A DNA stretch of 64,000 nt from a virus (taxonomy: Duplodnaviria > Heunggongvirae > Uroviricota > Caudoviricetes). The stretch lies in the IMG/VR virus record IMGVR_UViG_2568526411_000004, one strand, 5' to 3'. A program made the translations under genes and the position numbers. Positions 18,871 to 28,026 of this stretch are shown in pieces; within the stretch, counting starts at the first letter, position 1; each line of letters opens with the position of its first letter. The notes beneath the pieces are model-generated. The model saw nothing but the letters and a program-made list of their open reading frames with translations, was not told where the DNA came from and did no database searches.

Positions 18871-19404
18871 TCACACAATCTTATAAAAACCGCGATCTAA
18901 GCCTGCAAAGAAACACTGCATCATTACATCGACGTCATAGTCGGCTGCGTGAGCTGCATTGGGGTCATAATCAATATTGAGCGCAAAACAAAGTTCGCCC
19001 AATTTCGGTGATTTTCCATCAAAAGTAGCCCATCGACCATTTTCCATCGTACAGAACTGACGAACAGGCGGTAATAAGGATCCAACGCGTCTAAGCTCTG
19101 CTTGCGTAAAGGGCATATCAAAGTCAATGTTATGAGCAATTACTACGTCAGCTGTGCTTAAAAGGTGATGCACAGTTGGCGCAACTTGTTCCCATTTAGG
19201 GCAACCTAAAAGCTGGCTATAATCAATTCCGTGAACAGCCTGAGCTTTGGGGTCGATCGGTCGTTCTGGATCGATGCGTTGTACGTATTTATCAACGAGC
19301 TGTCTTGTGTCTGAGTCATAAGACAAAATTGCAACTTCAATAATGCGATGACCGTCGGCTTGCTCTAAACCTGTAGTCTCGGTATCAAAACCACGTAAAA
19401 TCAT
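18871..19404 (-). CDS. DnaQ-like 3'-5' exonuclease (DEDDh)
   Basis: Exo I FDTETTG, exo II HNIDFD and exo III HAADYD motifs. Confidence 0.75.
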   Translation of the reverse strand: MILRGFDTETTGLEQADGHRIIEVAILSYDSDTRQLVDKYVQRIDPERPIDPKAQAVHGIDYSQLLGCPKWEQVAPTVHHLLSTADVVIAHNIDFDMPFTQAELRRVGSLLPPVRQFCTMENGRWATFDGKSPKLGELCFALNIDYDPNAAHAADYDVDVMMQCFFAGLDRGFYKIV

Positions 19405-19676
19405 TCTGAAACGCCTTCCTCAGTAATCGTATTTTTAGTTGAATAAGGGAAAGTAAACTGCAAAGTGTTGATAACTGCCTTGATAGTGTTTTGAGCTATT
19501 CGAATTTCATCTGGATTATCAAGCAAAATCTTCTCTTTGCCGGTGTTGAGAATAATATGCTTTGGCTCTTGACCTTCTTCGCTTTGAACAATGCCAGTTA
19601 AGCGATTTAAAGTGTCTTCAAACCAAACTTCGGTTTCCTGAAGCATTTCTAAGTGACTTCTTGCTATATTTTTCAT
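19401..19676 (-). CDS. hypothetical protein
   Basis: 91-aa ORF with an ATGA overlap to the exonuclease gene. Confidence 0.45.
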   Translation of the reverse strand: MKNIARSHLEMLQETEVWFEDTLNRLTGIVQSEEGQEPKHIILNTGKEKILLDNPDEIRIAQNTIKAVINTLQFTFPYSTKNTITEEGVSE

Positions 19677-19710
19677 TGCATAACCGCCTATTGCTTAATG
19701 GTTTATTGAT

Positions 19711-19728
19711 TCAGTCAGTGATGACTGA
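19711..19728. promoter_or_regulatory. palindromic operator variant TCAGTCA-GTGA-TGACTGA plus an extra half-site at 19731-19740
   Basis: Half-site family with a 4-bp spacer. Confidence 0.55.
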
Positions 19729-19771
19729 TCTCTGACTGAATTGTAAAACATCAATACTGGCTTATCAGCTA

Positions 19772-20593
19772 TTACTTAACGTTTACGAGTGGAGTTGCGC
19801 TATTTGAAGGGAGTAAAACAGTGTGAGTGCCTTGTTGAGCAAAGGCTTGTTGTGCTTCAATTTCCATCTTTTTGATTAGCATTGGCGTGAGTGACGCACC
19901 AACAATACGGTTGGCTTCAGCTTCAGCACGAGCTTTGGTTAAAGTAACTTGGGCTTGAGCATCTGCAAGGTGTTGCTCTTCTTTTTTACGTGATATATCA
20001 AATTCAATTTGAGCGGCACGAGTAATTGCTTGTTCCAATTTTTCGTCAGTAACAAGAGCGCGGACAGAAGCACCAGCAATGGTAAATGTATTGGGCATTT
20101 CTTTATCTAAAGACTTCTGTAATGAAGCTACAACATCAGCCGCGATTTCATCACGCTTTAGATGAATTTCGCTGGAATCATATTTTGCCGTTGCTTTGAA
20201 AACCGCTTCAAGTGCATGGCGTTTAACAAAGCGTTCGCCCACCACTGTGTCGCCGTCTTTATTTGCCCCCAAGTCACCAGCTAGTTTAGAAAGTGTGTCA
20301 GCGACTTTATTTGGCTGAATCATGTAACGAATGTCCATATCGACTTCTTGCATCGATACATTATCTTTCGTCTTCGGGTGAATGTTTTCAAGTGGAACGG
20401 TAGTTTCACGGACGCTAATTACCTTTAGGTCACGAGTGATGGTTTGATACACACCCGGAGCCAATTCGTCCATTTTCATTTTGCCGAAAACCGATTCAAC
20501 ACCTACGTGACCAGTTTCAACCTTTGAACAACCAGTAAAAGCCATTGTCATGCCGACAGTGAGAGCTATAAGGATTGAGCTTTTTAACTTCAT
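19772..20593 (-). CDS. SPFH/band-7 domain lipoprotein
   Basis: Signal peptide plus lipobox (AFTGCS). The central region looks like a prohibitin/HflKC-type domain with a coiled-coil C-terminus. Confidence 0.55.
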   Translation of the reverse strand: MKLKSSILIALTVGMTMAFTGCSKVETGHVGVESVFGKMKMDELAPGVYQTITRDLKVISVRETTVPLENIHPKTKDNVSMQEVDMDIRYMIQPNKVADTLSKLAGDLGANKDGDTVVGERFVKRHALEAVFKATAKYDSSEIHLKRDEIAADVVASLQKSLDKEMPNTFTIAGASVRALVTDEKLEQAITRAAQIEFDISRKKEEQHLADAQAQVTLTKARAEAEANRIVGASLTPMLIKKMEIEAQQAFAQQGTHTVLLPSNSATPLVNVK

Positions 20594-20594
20594 G

Positions 20595-20777
20595 TTAAGT
20601 TCCTATAGTCGCATAAACGTAAATAGCCAAAAGTACAGTGATAACGACTAAGATTTGCCATCTGTACTTGTTCAAGTGACTAAACGCCAATTTGCGAATT
20701 TTTGTGTTAAATGCCGCTGTCACAAACGCAACAACGACAAGGATGATTAAAAGTGTTTTGAAGAGAATTGAGATCAT
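20595..20777 (-). CDS. 60-aa two-TM membrane protein (possible minimal NfeD-like partner)
   Basis: Hydrophobic; translationally coupled to the SPFH gene. Confidence 0.35.
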   Translation of the reverse strand: MISILFKTLLIILVVVAFVTAAFNTKIRKLAFSHLNKYRWQILVVITVLLAIYVYATIGT

Positions 20778-21007
20778 TTCTTCTTAGGCTGAGCTTTGCG
20801 TTTAACTTTGGATTTGAGGATGATCTTTTCGATTTCATTCTTGTTAGCAAGAATGAACGATTTAACATCCACATCATCAATGAAAGCAGGCAATTCAGAC
20901 TCGACATACGCATGGTTAATACGGAGAGCTTCTTCATGCTTTACATATTCATCGTAAGTGCGGTGAAGTGTGCCGTCAGATGCTTGATGTACCGTAATAC
21001 GTGGCAT
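20774..21007 (-). CDS. hypothetical small protein
   Basis: 77 aa with a Lys-rich C-terminus. Confidence 0.4.
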   Translation of the reverse strand: MPRITVHQASDGTLHRTYDEYVKHEEALRINHAYVESELPAFIDDVDVKSFILANKNEIEKIILKSKVKRKAQPKKK

Positions 21008-21009
21008 TT

Positions 21010-21726
21010 TTAAGCTCCTGCCTTCAGATCAGTGCCGAAACCACGTTCTTTAAGAAAGTTGGTCACTTCATCACGAAGGGTTTGGGTGCCCATGTCTTCA
21101 AAAGTTTGAGTGATTTGCTTAACAACATCTTCCAAAGCAACACCGCGTTCCTGAAGGGCCATGAAATTCAGAGCGGTCAACTTAATTAACTCTTTGATAT
21201 ATTCAGCTTCCGAGTATTTGTTTTCGTCGCCGTTGTTTAAAGCTACGCTTAAACCGCTCAAAACGCCCACGCTTTGTTGCGTGCGAAGTAATAACTCATC
21301 AAGATTTGGCACTACAAAGCGATGCATTTTTTCGCTCGCTGTATATGCTTGATCTAACGTATTGATGTTTACCGCTTGGATTTTGTTACCACCTGAAGCC
21401 ACAAAATTTGCATGTTTTGGAAGTGCTTGATTTGCTCCCGCTGTACTAATTTTGCCTTCAGCTTTTGTTGCTTTGCCTAGAAGACCTAAACTTGAAATTA
21501 CCCCACTATCTGTAATTTGCACTCCAGCTCCACCCACAGGGCCAGCAGCGAGGTTAGCATTCGAAACAAAAAATTGATTTGCAGCTGCTTTAGTTTCAGT
21601 TGTCGCGGCTTTATCAGTAGAAGGATTGAGTTCAGCTGGTCGTAAACCATCTTTGGTCATTTCTAAAACTACCACTTGGCCCATTCCAGATTTTTCAATT
21701 TCCTTTGCAAAACAGTGAAGGCACAT
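21010..21726 (-). CDS. hypothetical protein
   Basis: 238-aa ORF; a possible internal start is at MGQVVVLE. Confidence 0.5.
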   Translation of the reverse strand: MCLHCFAKEIEKSGMGQVVVLEMTKDGLRPAELNPSTDKAATTETKAAANQFFVSNANLAAGPVGGAGVQITDSGVISSLGLLGKATKAEGKISTAGANQALPKHANFVASGGNKIQAVNINTLDQAYTASEKMHRFVVPNLDELLLRTQQSVGVLSGLSVALNNGDENKYSEAEYIKELIKLTALNFMALQERGVALEDVVKQITQTFEDMGTQTLRDEVTNFLKERGFGTDLKAGA

Positions 21727-21817
21727 CTTTTGTATTCCTAAAATTAATTTTGAACTTCATAAAAGCACCGCTAAACGGTTGTAGCGTTCCCTTGTGTGCT
21801 TTTATGGCGAAAAGTAT

Positions 21818-21831
21818 AGTCAGTACTGACT
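21818..21831. promoter_or_regulatory. palindromic operator AGTCAGTACTGACT followed, in the minus-strand sense, by TATACT
   Basis: Perfect palindrome. Confidence 0.65.
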
Positions 21832-21878
21832 GATTTAATGGCAAATATTTTTCACAAAAACAATTAACCAAACATTAT

Positions 21879-22217
21879 TTAATCAGTTGCGATCGTAATC
21901 ATCCGCAGAGCAATGCGCTCAACCTCTCTAAGAGGAAGTGCTTCGGGATTCTCGTGTATGACATTGGTGTTTGACGAAAGGAAACCCCAATCGCCGTCCG
22001 TCAAACACTTTGTTTTACCCGCAAACTCAAGCATCCAAAGATCATTTTGAGCATCGTAATAGAACCCATCGCGAAATTCGCGAAAGTAAAACTTAGCATC
22101 ATCACTGTTAAAGCTATGTTCTGTTAAATATTTAATCGCTTGAGACGCAACTAAACGACTAATTTTTTCTTTTGGTTGGGTCCAATACCAATCAAGCTTC
22201 ATTGCGGTAGTGTGCAT
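21879..22217 (-). CDS. hypothetical protein
   Basis: 112-aa ORF. Confidence 0.45.
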   Translation of the reverse strand: MHTTAMKLDWYWTQPKEKISRLVASQAIKYLTEHSFNSDDAKFYFREFRDGFYYDAQNDLWMLEFAGKTKCLTDGDWGFLSSNTNVIHENPEALPLREVERIALRMITIATD

Positions 22218-22301
22218 ATTATCTACCAGCTGCTATCCGAAGATGATGAACTGCTACTGTCATACGATGAGCCGCCGTCTGAGCTGTACGATGAAGAACT
22301 C

Positions 22302-23121
22302 GGCACTGTTGCAAAGTTAGCGATGAGGCAGCCTTTTGTCTTATTCAAAGGCCTTACATTTCAAAAACTCTGCTTACCAGGCGCATTTCGCCCAGGGGAT
22401 CACCATAATAAAATGCTGAGGCCTGGCCTTTGCGTAGTGCACGCATCACCTCAATACCTTTGATGGTGGCGTAAGCCGTCTTCATGGATTTAAATCCCAG
22501 CGTGGCGCCGATTATCCGTTTCAGTTTGCCATGATCGCATTCAATCACGTTGTTCCGGTACTTAATCTGTCGGTGTTCAACGTCAGACGGGCACCGGCCT
22601 TCGCGTTTGAGCAGAGCAAGCGCGCGACCATAGGCGGGCGCTTTATCCGTGTTGATGAATCGCGGGATCTGCCACTTCTTCACGTTGTTGAGGATTTTAC
22701 CCAGAAACCGGTATGCAGCTTTGCTGTTACGACGGGAGGAGAGATAAAAATCGACAGTGCGGCCCCGGCTGTCGACGGCCCGGTACAGATACGCCCAGCG
22801 GCCATTGACCTTCACGTAGGTTTCATCCATGTGCCACGGGCAAAGATCGGAAGGGTTACGCCAGTACCAGCGCAGCCGTTTTTCCATTTCAGGCGCATAA
22901 CGCTGAACCCAGCGGTAAATCGTGGAGTGATCGACATTCACTCCGCGTTCAGCCAGCATCTCCTGCAGCTCACGGTAACTGATGCCGTATTTGCAGTACC
23001 AGCGTACGGCCCACAGAATGATGTCACGCTGAAAATGCCGGCCTTTGAATGGGTTCATGTGCAGCTCCATCAGCAAAAGGGGATGATAAGTTTATCACCA
23101 CCGACTATTTGCAACAGTGCC
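22302..23121 (-). mobile_element. IS26: IS26 copy 2, complete, inverted relative to copy 1
   Basis: GGCACTGTTGCAAA at 22302-22315 is the reverse complement of the right end; TTTGCAACAGTGCC is at 23108-23121. The flanking 8-mers AAGAACTC and ACTACAAC differ, so there is no simple TSD. Confidence 0.95.
22354..23076 (-). CDS. tnp26: IS26 transposase
   Basis: The 240-aa protein is identical to the one encoded at 46-768. Confidence 0.95.
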   Translation of the reverse strand: MLMELHMNPFKGRHFQRDIILWAVRWYCKYGISYRELQEMLAERGVNVDHSTIYRWVQRYAPEMEKRLRWYWRNPSDLCPWHMDETYVKVNGRWAYLYRAVDSRGRTVDFYLSSRRNSKAAYRFLGKILNNVKKWQIPRFINTDKAPAYGRALALLKREGRCPSDVEHRQIKYRNNVIECDHGKLKRIIGATLGFKSMKTAYATIKGIEVMRALRKGQASAFYYGDPLGEMRLVSRVFEM

Positions 23122-23157
23122 ACTACAACTATCATAAAGATCCAAAACCAGCCGTCG

Positions 23158-23580
23158 TTATGTATCATTGCGTTTCTCTCCTCTCAAAATTGCAATAACG
23201 TCATCAAACTGCTTAAAAAACATGGATTGACCAATACAAGTCATGTCAGCCCTTGCAAGCGCCGAATTAATACGATTTTGAAGTTCGTCCACTTTTAATT
23301 GTTGTTCCTGCCAAGCCTCCCATTGCAAACCAATTGCTAAAGGAACTGATCTTCCTTGTCGGCTTGGTATATACAATTTTCCATTATGAAAAAATGCCGT
23401 TGTTCTATGCTTCTGAATATGGCGAATAAAACGCAATTCATGATCTTGAGTTGCGCCATAATCTTTCAGTTTTTCATAATAAATACGTTCGCCATCCACA
23501 ACATACGAGGCGCACGACAAGCATTGATCAGTCTGCTCTCGGCAAACGGGGCATGATTGGAAATTTTTAAACTCACTCAT
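23158..23580 (-). CDS. Cys-cluster (zinc-finger-like) protein
   Basis: CPVC...C..C near the N-terminus. The ATG at 23580 overlaps the upstream gene's stop. Confidence 0.45.
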   Translation of the reverse strand: MSEFKNFQSCPVCREQTDQCLSCASYVVDGERIYYEKLKDYGATQDHELRFIRHIQKHRTTAFFHNGKLYIPSRQGRSVPLAIGLQWEAWQEQQLKVDELQNRINSALARADMTCIGQSMFFKQFDDVIAILRGEKRNDT

Positions 23581-23776
23581 GGCTGGCTCCTTTAAATGCC
23601 CCAATCATCGCCTTGTACATCTCTCTGCGCTTTCTATTTGTTTCAGGATGCACATCACTTCCTTTAACTGGGTTCATGTAGCAGTGAGCAGCATTAAGCA
23701 TTTTTTGTGTAGGCTCTTTAGGCACTAGAACATAGTCACCGCTTTCAAGCATTTTGATTTGCTCATCAACAAGCAT
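23573..23776 (-). CDS. hypothetical small protein
   Basis: 67 aa, within a translationally coupled chain. Confidence 0.35.
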   Translation of the reverse strand: MLVDEQIKMLESGDYVLVPKEPTQKMLNAAHCYMNPVKGSDVHPETNRKRREMYKAMIGAFKGASHE

Positions 23777-24002
23777 GGTCTTTATCCTCCAAAATGCCTT
23801 TGAGGACCCTGTAGAAGCCTAATAGCTCATCATCAGAATATTCACGTAGATCACCACACGCATAGATGGCTTCACTAAGCTTTAAGAGCTTTAGTTCATT
23901 TGCATCAATCTCAGCCTGTCGACTTTGTTTTCCCGCTTCAAATGCATCTACACCTGTGTAATTCAAATTCTTTTTTGCCCAATTCAAAAATTCTTGATTC
24001 AT
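23766..24002 (-). CDS. hypothetical small protein
   Basis: 78 aa. Confidence 0.35.
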   Translation of the reverse strand: MNQEFLNWAKKNLNYTGVDAFEAGKQSRQAEIDANELKLLKLSEAIYACGDLREYSDDELLGFYRVLKGILEDKDHAC

Positions 24003-24307
24003 TCCCCGCCTCCGTATATTGATTCGTGGACAGCCACGTCTTGCTGCAATTCCTTGATCTCGTCTTTGCTTACTCCAGCAAACTCAGAACCGAACGAAAT
24101 CAAATAAGCCAAGTGATCTTTTGCTTTCGACAATCCGCCAAGCTGCGCTATACGATCCAAAGACTCCACTAGACGCTTGAGGTCTTTCAAATTAATGAGT
24201 CCGTCCGCTTGCTTATAGATGACATGAGTAGAACCATCTATTGCGGCTTCAATAACCTCTCTCGCCTTCTTAAGTCCAAAATCCTGAATAAATTTAACAG
24301 CATTCAT
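23999..24307 (-). CDS. hypothetical protein
   Basis: 102 aa. Confidence 0.4.
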   Translation of the reverse strand: MNAVKFIQDFGLKKAREVIEAAIDGSTHVIYKQADGLINLKDLKRLVESLDRIAQLGGLSKAKDHLAYLISFGSEFAGVSKDEIKELQQDVAVHESIYGGGE

Positions 24308-24501
24308 CTTTCACGCTCCTTGCCGGTGCCTTCACAGCTACCGCATGGGATTGAGTCACCATTAGGTCGGCACGAGTCATACCAACCTGAACCATTGCAG
24401 GCTGTACAAGGTACTAATTTGTTTCGATACACATGCTTGAAGTAATGCTCAGTACGAGCGGCTTTTCTGGTTTTAAAATCATGCTTTGCCATTTTCGTCA
24501 C
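24304..24501 (-). CDS. small zinc-ribbon protein (CxxC...CxxC)
   Basis: CTACNGSG...CGSCEGTG resembles a DnaJ-type zinc finger. Confidence 0.4.
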   Translation of the reverse strand: MTKMAKHDFKTRKAARTEHYFKHVYRNKLVPCTACNGSGWYDSCRPNGDSIPCGSCEGTGKERER

Positions 24502-24874
24502 CCTTTATGATGACCAATCCTTTAATGGTCTGTTTGAGGGTTTGATTTTCAGCCTCAATCTCGCGAGTTTTTGCGTACTGCTTGTCAAATGCATCTTTCC
24601 AATACTGCAAGTCGTCTCTAACGTTTTTAAGCCCTTCGGCTTTTCCGCGTGCGTAACCTTTATTACGCTCACGACGAACCAATTTGTGCCAGCTGAGATC
24701 TTCATTAACCCACATGCGAAGGAAGTCAAATAAACGACCTTCTTTTGTATGAATGACCTCTACAAAAGGAATGCGTATTAAAAGAAGGTCTTGCGGCTTT
24801 TTTCTATCACCCAAAGTCCAGCCTTTCTTTATCCCCAAAGGCGATTGGTGATTTGTAAATCTAATAACGATCAT
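24479..24874 (-). CDS. possible PD-(D/E)xK / VRR-NUC-like nuclease
   Basis: The D...EVIHTK arrangement is only weakly motif-like. Confidence 0.3.
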   Translation of the reverse strand: MIVIRFTNHQSPLGIKKGWTLGDRKKPQDLLLIRIPFVEVIHTKEGRLFDFLRMWVNEDLSWHKLVRRERNKGYARGKAEGLKNVRDDLQYWKDAFDKQYAKTREIEAENQTLKQTIKGLVIIKGDENGKA

Positions 24875-25110
24875 TTCTTTTCCTCTTCAAGTTTCTCGAC
24901 CGCGATGCACTTAAACACCTTCTTACCTACAAAGAACCCGCCTAGACGTTCACATTCAGAGGCGATCATTGAGTGTGTGTAGTTGTGACACATGAACCAC
25001 GCAACAATGAATCCCAATAAAAACCAAGCCATCTTGCTCATCCAAAAACTCGAATCAAAATTGCGATGCACATAATCACCGCGCCAATAACAGCTAAACC
25101 GACCAACCAC
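24871..25110 (-). CDS. small membrane protein
   Basis: 79 aa with a hydrophobic helix. Confidence 0.35.
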   Translation of the reverse strand: MVGRFSCYWRGDYVHRNFDSSFWMSKMAWFLLGFIVAWFMCHNYTHSMIASECERLGGFFVGKKVFKCIAVEKLEEEKK

Positions 25111-25208
25111 AAAGAGGGGAGGGTATTGATATTCATAGAAACCCCGTTATATAAATTGATAAAAATGGCAGCTTACGCTGCCACTTCCTTGTTAATTACT
25201 TACGCTTG

Positions 25209-25415
25209 TTAGCCACCAAGACGCGTTACACGATTCGATAAGCTATAAACCGAGGTGCTTAAAGAACTAATAGCGGACGCATTCGCGTCAGCACTTTGTT
25301 TAAGCTGCTTGATTTCTTCACCCTGCGCCGTAACAGTGTTTGTGAGCGCTGTCACTTTTGCAGTAAGGTCGGTTACTTGCGCTTGTAATTGTTGGACCGC
25401 TGCGTCACTCATCAT
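25209..25415 (-). CDS. small coiled-coil protein
   Basis: 68 aa, Ala/Gln/Thr-rich heptads. Confidence 0.35.
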   Translation of the reverse strand: MMSDAAVQQLQAQVTDLTAKVTALTNTVTAQGEEIKQLKQSADANASAISSLSTSVYSLSNRVTRLGG

Positions 25416-25504
25416 TAACTCCTTTTGATTCTGAGTGTTTGCGCTTCAACTTCTTTATTGAAGCTCTGTTAAATTGGGGTCTCAATGACCTCAGATTGAT
25501 TCGC

Positions 25505-26188
25505 CTACTGGCGTGTTTCAGTGGCAAACTCAATCCCATTCATGGAATCAGGCTTGCTTGAAACTGTTTCCTTTGCATCCAATTTGGCAATTAGCGAAAT
25601 CCGTGCTTTGTGCCAGCATGAATGACAAAGAGAAATACGTTTATTAAGATCAAGGACGTCGCGTTTGAGATACCAATGCGGCACTCGTAAACGACCATCC
25701 ATAAACAGGCCCAAAACAATCGTGTTTAGCTTTTCAATGAAAGCTTTACAGCACTTGGCTGAGCCTTCTTTTTTGACCAAAGGAATACCCGGCTGAACAA
25801 GCATTACCCCCGTGAAATATTTGTTTTGGACTTCAAAGCATTTGTTCAAATACGCTTCCAAGCGCTGAGACTGTTCATCGCTTAAACCGTCTGTCACGGC
25901 AGCGAGGGTGTACATCATCAGGTCAATAGGCGTGCGATCTGTAATGACTGGTTCGAGTTTGCTCTCGCCCATGAAGTGTTCAACGTATAAATCCTCAAGG
26001 CGGGCAATCATATGCTCTTGGATCTTCATTCGATCATCGAATGAGTAGGTCTGATTCGATGAATCAAACCCAATCTCACGTTGCCATCCTGTGATGTCAC
26101 TTTTCAGAAAAATAGCACCGTGCTTTTCCGCGTATGCTTGAGCAAGCGCTGTCTTACCAGTACGGTGACTTCCACAAAGACCAAACAT
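25505..26188 (-). CDS. P-loop nucleoside/nucleotide kinase (dNMP-kinase-like)
   Basis: Walker A GSHRTGKT and a DRTPID motif like the ERS/DRS motif of dNK-fold kinases. Confidence 0.45.
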   Translation of the reverse strand: MFGLCGSHRTGKTALAQAYAEKHGAIFLKSDITGWQREIGFDSSNQTYSFDDRMKIQEHMIARLEDLYVEHFMGESKLEPVITDRTPIDLMMYTLAAVTDGLSDEQSQRLEAYLNKCFEVQNKYFTGVMLVQPGIPLVKKEGSAKCCKAFIEKLNTIVLGLFMDGRLRVPHWYLKRDVLDLNKRISLCHSCWHKARISLIAKLDAKETVSSKPDSMNGIEFATETRQ

Positions 26189-26646
26189 TATTCTGTACCT
26201 GTGCTTCCGAAGCCGCCTTCACCGCGTTCAGTTGATGAATCAAATTCATCTACAACAGTCATCGCTAGTTGGAATGTTGGCAAAACAACATATTGAGCAA
26301 TGCGTTCACCCGGCTTTAATACAAATGGCTTGTCGCCGTTGTTGCGGAGACACGCTTTAATTTCACCTTGATAGTCGCTATCAATAACGCCAGTGCCATT
26401 CGCTAAAACAATTCCATGTTTAACGCCTAGCCCTGAACGTGGGTACAGCATGCCCACCAAGTTTTTGTTTTTTAGGTGAATGGCGATGCCAGTTGATACG
26501 AGTAATTGTTCTCCCGGATTCAACGTTACTTCAGCGTCAAGGCATGCACGTAGATCCAAACCCGCAGAGCCTTGAGTGGCATATACAGGCGCACCAAACT
26601 CACTTAATAAGCGGTCATCTAAAATTTTTACTTCCACTGGAACCAT
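26188..26646 (-). CDS. dut: dUTPase
   Basis: 152 aa with AGLDLRA, RSGLGVKHGIVLANGTGVIDSDYQGE and a C-terminal GGFGSTG motif. Confidence 0.9.
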   Translation of the reverse strand: MVPVEVKILDDRLLSEFGAPVYATQGSAGLDLRACLDAEVTLNPGEQLLVSTGIAIHLKNKNLVGMLYPRSGLGVKHGIVLANGTGVIDSDYQGEIKACLRNNGDKPFVLKPGERIAQYVVLPTFQLAMTVVDEFDSSTERGEGGFGSTGTE

Positions 26647-26939
26647 CAGTTAATTTCCTTCTTTACATCTTCAATGGTTAAATTTTGAGGCGCTGTGATT
26701 AGCTTGCTTAAAGCTGCGCCAACAGTACGAGCGCGAGCAGCTTCGGCATTTGCTTCATCTTGTTTGAATAAGATTTTTGCTGCTTCTTCGCCGTGATTGT
26801 TTGCTTCGCGAAGTTTTTGTTCTTCCAAAGCGCTTAGTTCTTCAACTTGCTTGGTGATATTTCCAATAATCAAGTCGACCGATTTCTGTGGCTGTGGGCT
26901 TGACTCATTTGAGCCGAATAACCATTTCCAAAAGCTCAT
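26646..26939 (-). CDS. hypothetical protein
   Basis: 97 aa. Confidence 0.4.
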   Translation of the reverse strand: MSFWKWLFGSNESSPQPQKSVDLIIGNITKQVEELSALEEQKLREANNHGEEAAKILFKQDEANAEAARARTVGAALSKLITAPQNLTIEDVKKEIN

Positions 26940-27796
26940 GCTGCTTCCTTAAATTGAAGTTCGATTAATTTTCGATGCTGTACAAAGCCATCGAAATTCC
27001 CATGTAGATGTTTGTTTTGCCATTCGCCTTTGAACAACTTCACTAACCACGGATTGCGAATATCTGGTGTGGCTTGGTGTTCAAATGGAGAGGCATGTAG
27101 CGGCTCAGAACCCACTAGCTTTTCGCAAAGGCGAATATCCTTTTGGATGTCTGGCGCTTTACCGTCATGCCGCAAGTAGGACACACGACAACAACGAGCC
27201 GCCGACACTTGCAACAAAATGTCGGTTGGATACTTTTCGCGTTCTTCATCCAGAATGTACGGAAGGTGCCACTCATTAGGGGCCAATAAGACAGGTATTG
27301 ATTTTTCTAGCGCAGCCTTCATTAATGCAGTTAAGGCAAAAATGGTTGGGTCCGCATCTTCGTGATGGCGTAGCTCAAAAAAGTTATCGAAGCTTGTCGC
27401 TGTTAAAACCACTTCAATAAATTGGAAAGGTTCTAAAATGCGATTAACAACTTGTTTGTGCAGACCAAGATCGTCAGCCATGAAACGTGCGGTATTTACT
27501 GCATTTTTAGCAGCTTCCAACCATGCTTCACGCGCAAGCTCCTTTTTGTACTCATTCACCTCTTCCCAAGCTTGCATACCAGCTTGGTTTTTACCCCAAT
27601 GAACAGGCATTGCCGGATTTGCTTCAACTTGGTTAATCAACTTGATAACAGGGATGGCACGCGAGCTTGAAGCATTGCGACTAAATACGCGGTGGGTCAT
27701 CACTTCACTGTGAATAAAGCGCGGATAACGCAGCTGAAAGGTAGTAATTCGCTTACCTTCATGGCTGCAAGAATCCGCAATAATTTTGACTTGCAT
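26936..27796 (-). CDS. thyX: flavin-dependent thymidylate synthase ThyX
   Basis: ThyX motif HRVFSRNASSSR (RHRxxSxNxxSxR). Confidence 0.8.
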   Translation of the reverse strand: MQVKIIADSCSHEGKRITTFQLRYPRFIHSEVMTHRVFSRNASSSRAIPVIKLINQVEANPAMPVHWGKNQAGMQAWEEVNEYKKELAREAWLEAAKNAVNTARFMADDLGLHKQVVNRILEPFQFIEVVLTATSFDNFFELRHHEDADPTIFALTALMKAALEKSIPVLLAPNEWHLPYILDEEREKYPTDILLQVSAARCCRVSYLRHDGKAPDIQKDIRLCEKLVGSEPLHASPFEHQATPDIRNPWLVKLFKGEWQNKHLHGNFDGFVQHRKLIELQFKEAA

Positions 27797-27866
27797 TGTT
27801 GGGTAACACTCACTTTTTAAAAAGAGGTGACTAATGCCACCCCTCGTTCTCTGAGCGTTAAAGTAT

Positions 27867-27880
27867 AGTCAGTACTGACT
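27867..27880. promoter_or_regulatory. palindromic operator AGTCAGTACTGACT (followed by TATACT) in the divergent thyX / doc-module region
   Basis: Perfect palindrome. Confidence 0.65.
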
Positions 27881-28026
27881 GATCTTTTGGAGTTTATTTT
27901 CAGCAAAATAGGCTTATTTTTAGCCAGTTGTTTTATGTTTACGAATAAACAGTTAAAATGAACCATGACATTCGATCGACGCAATGAATTGACATTGGAT
28001 CGACGTTTGTTAAAGAGGTTAATTAC

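Noticed and set aside
22176-22463. Plus-strand ORF running from phage DNA into IS26, as a possible IS-disrupted gene
   Set aside because: Only 42 codons lie before the IS boundary, and these overlap the N-terminus of the better-supported minus-strand gene 21879-22217. It cannot be confirmed without an IS-free relative.
22531-23298. 255-aa plus-strand ORF
   Set aside because: It lies antisense within IS26 and tnp26, a known spurious frame.
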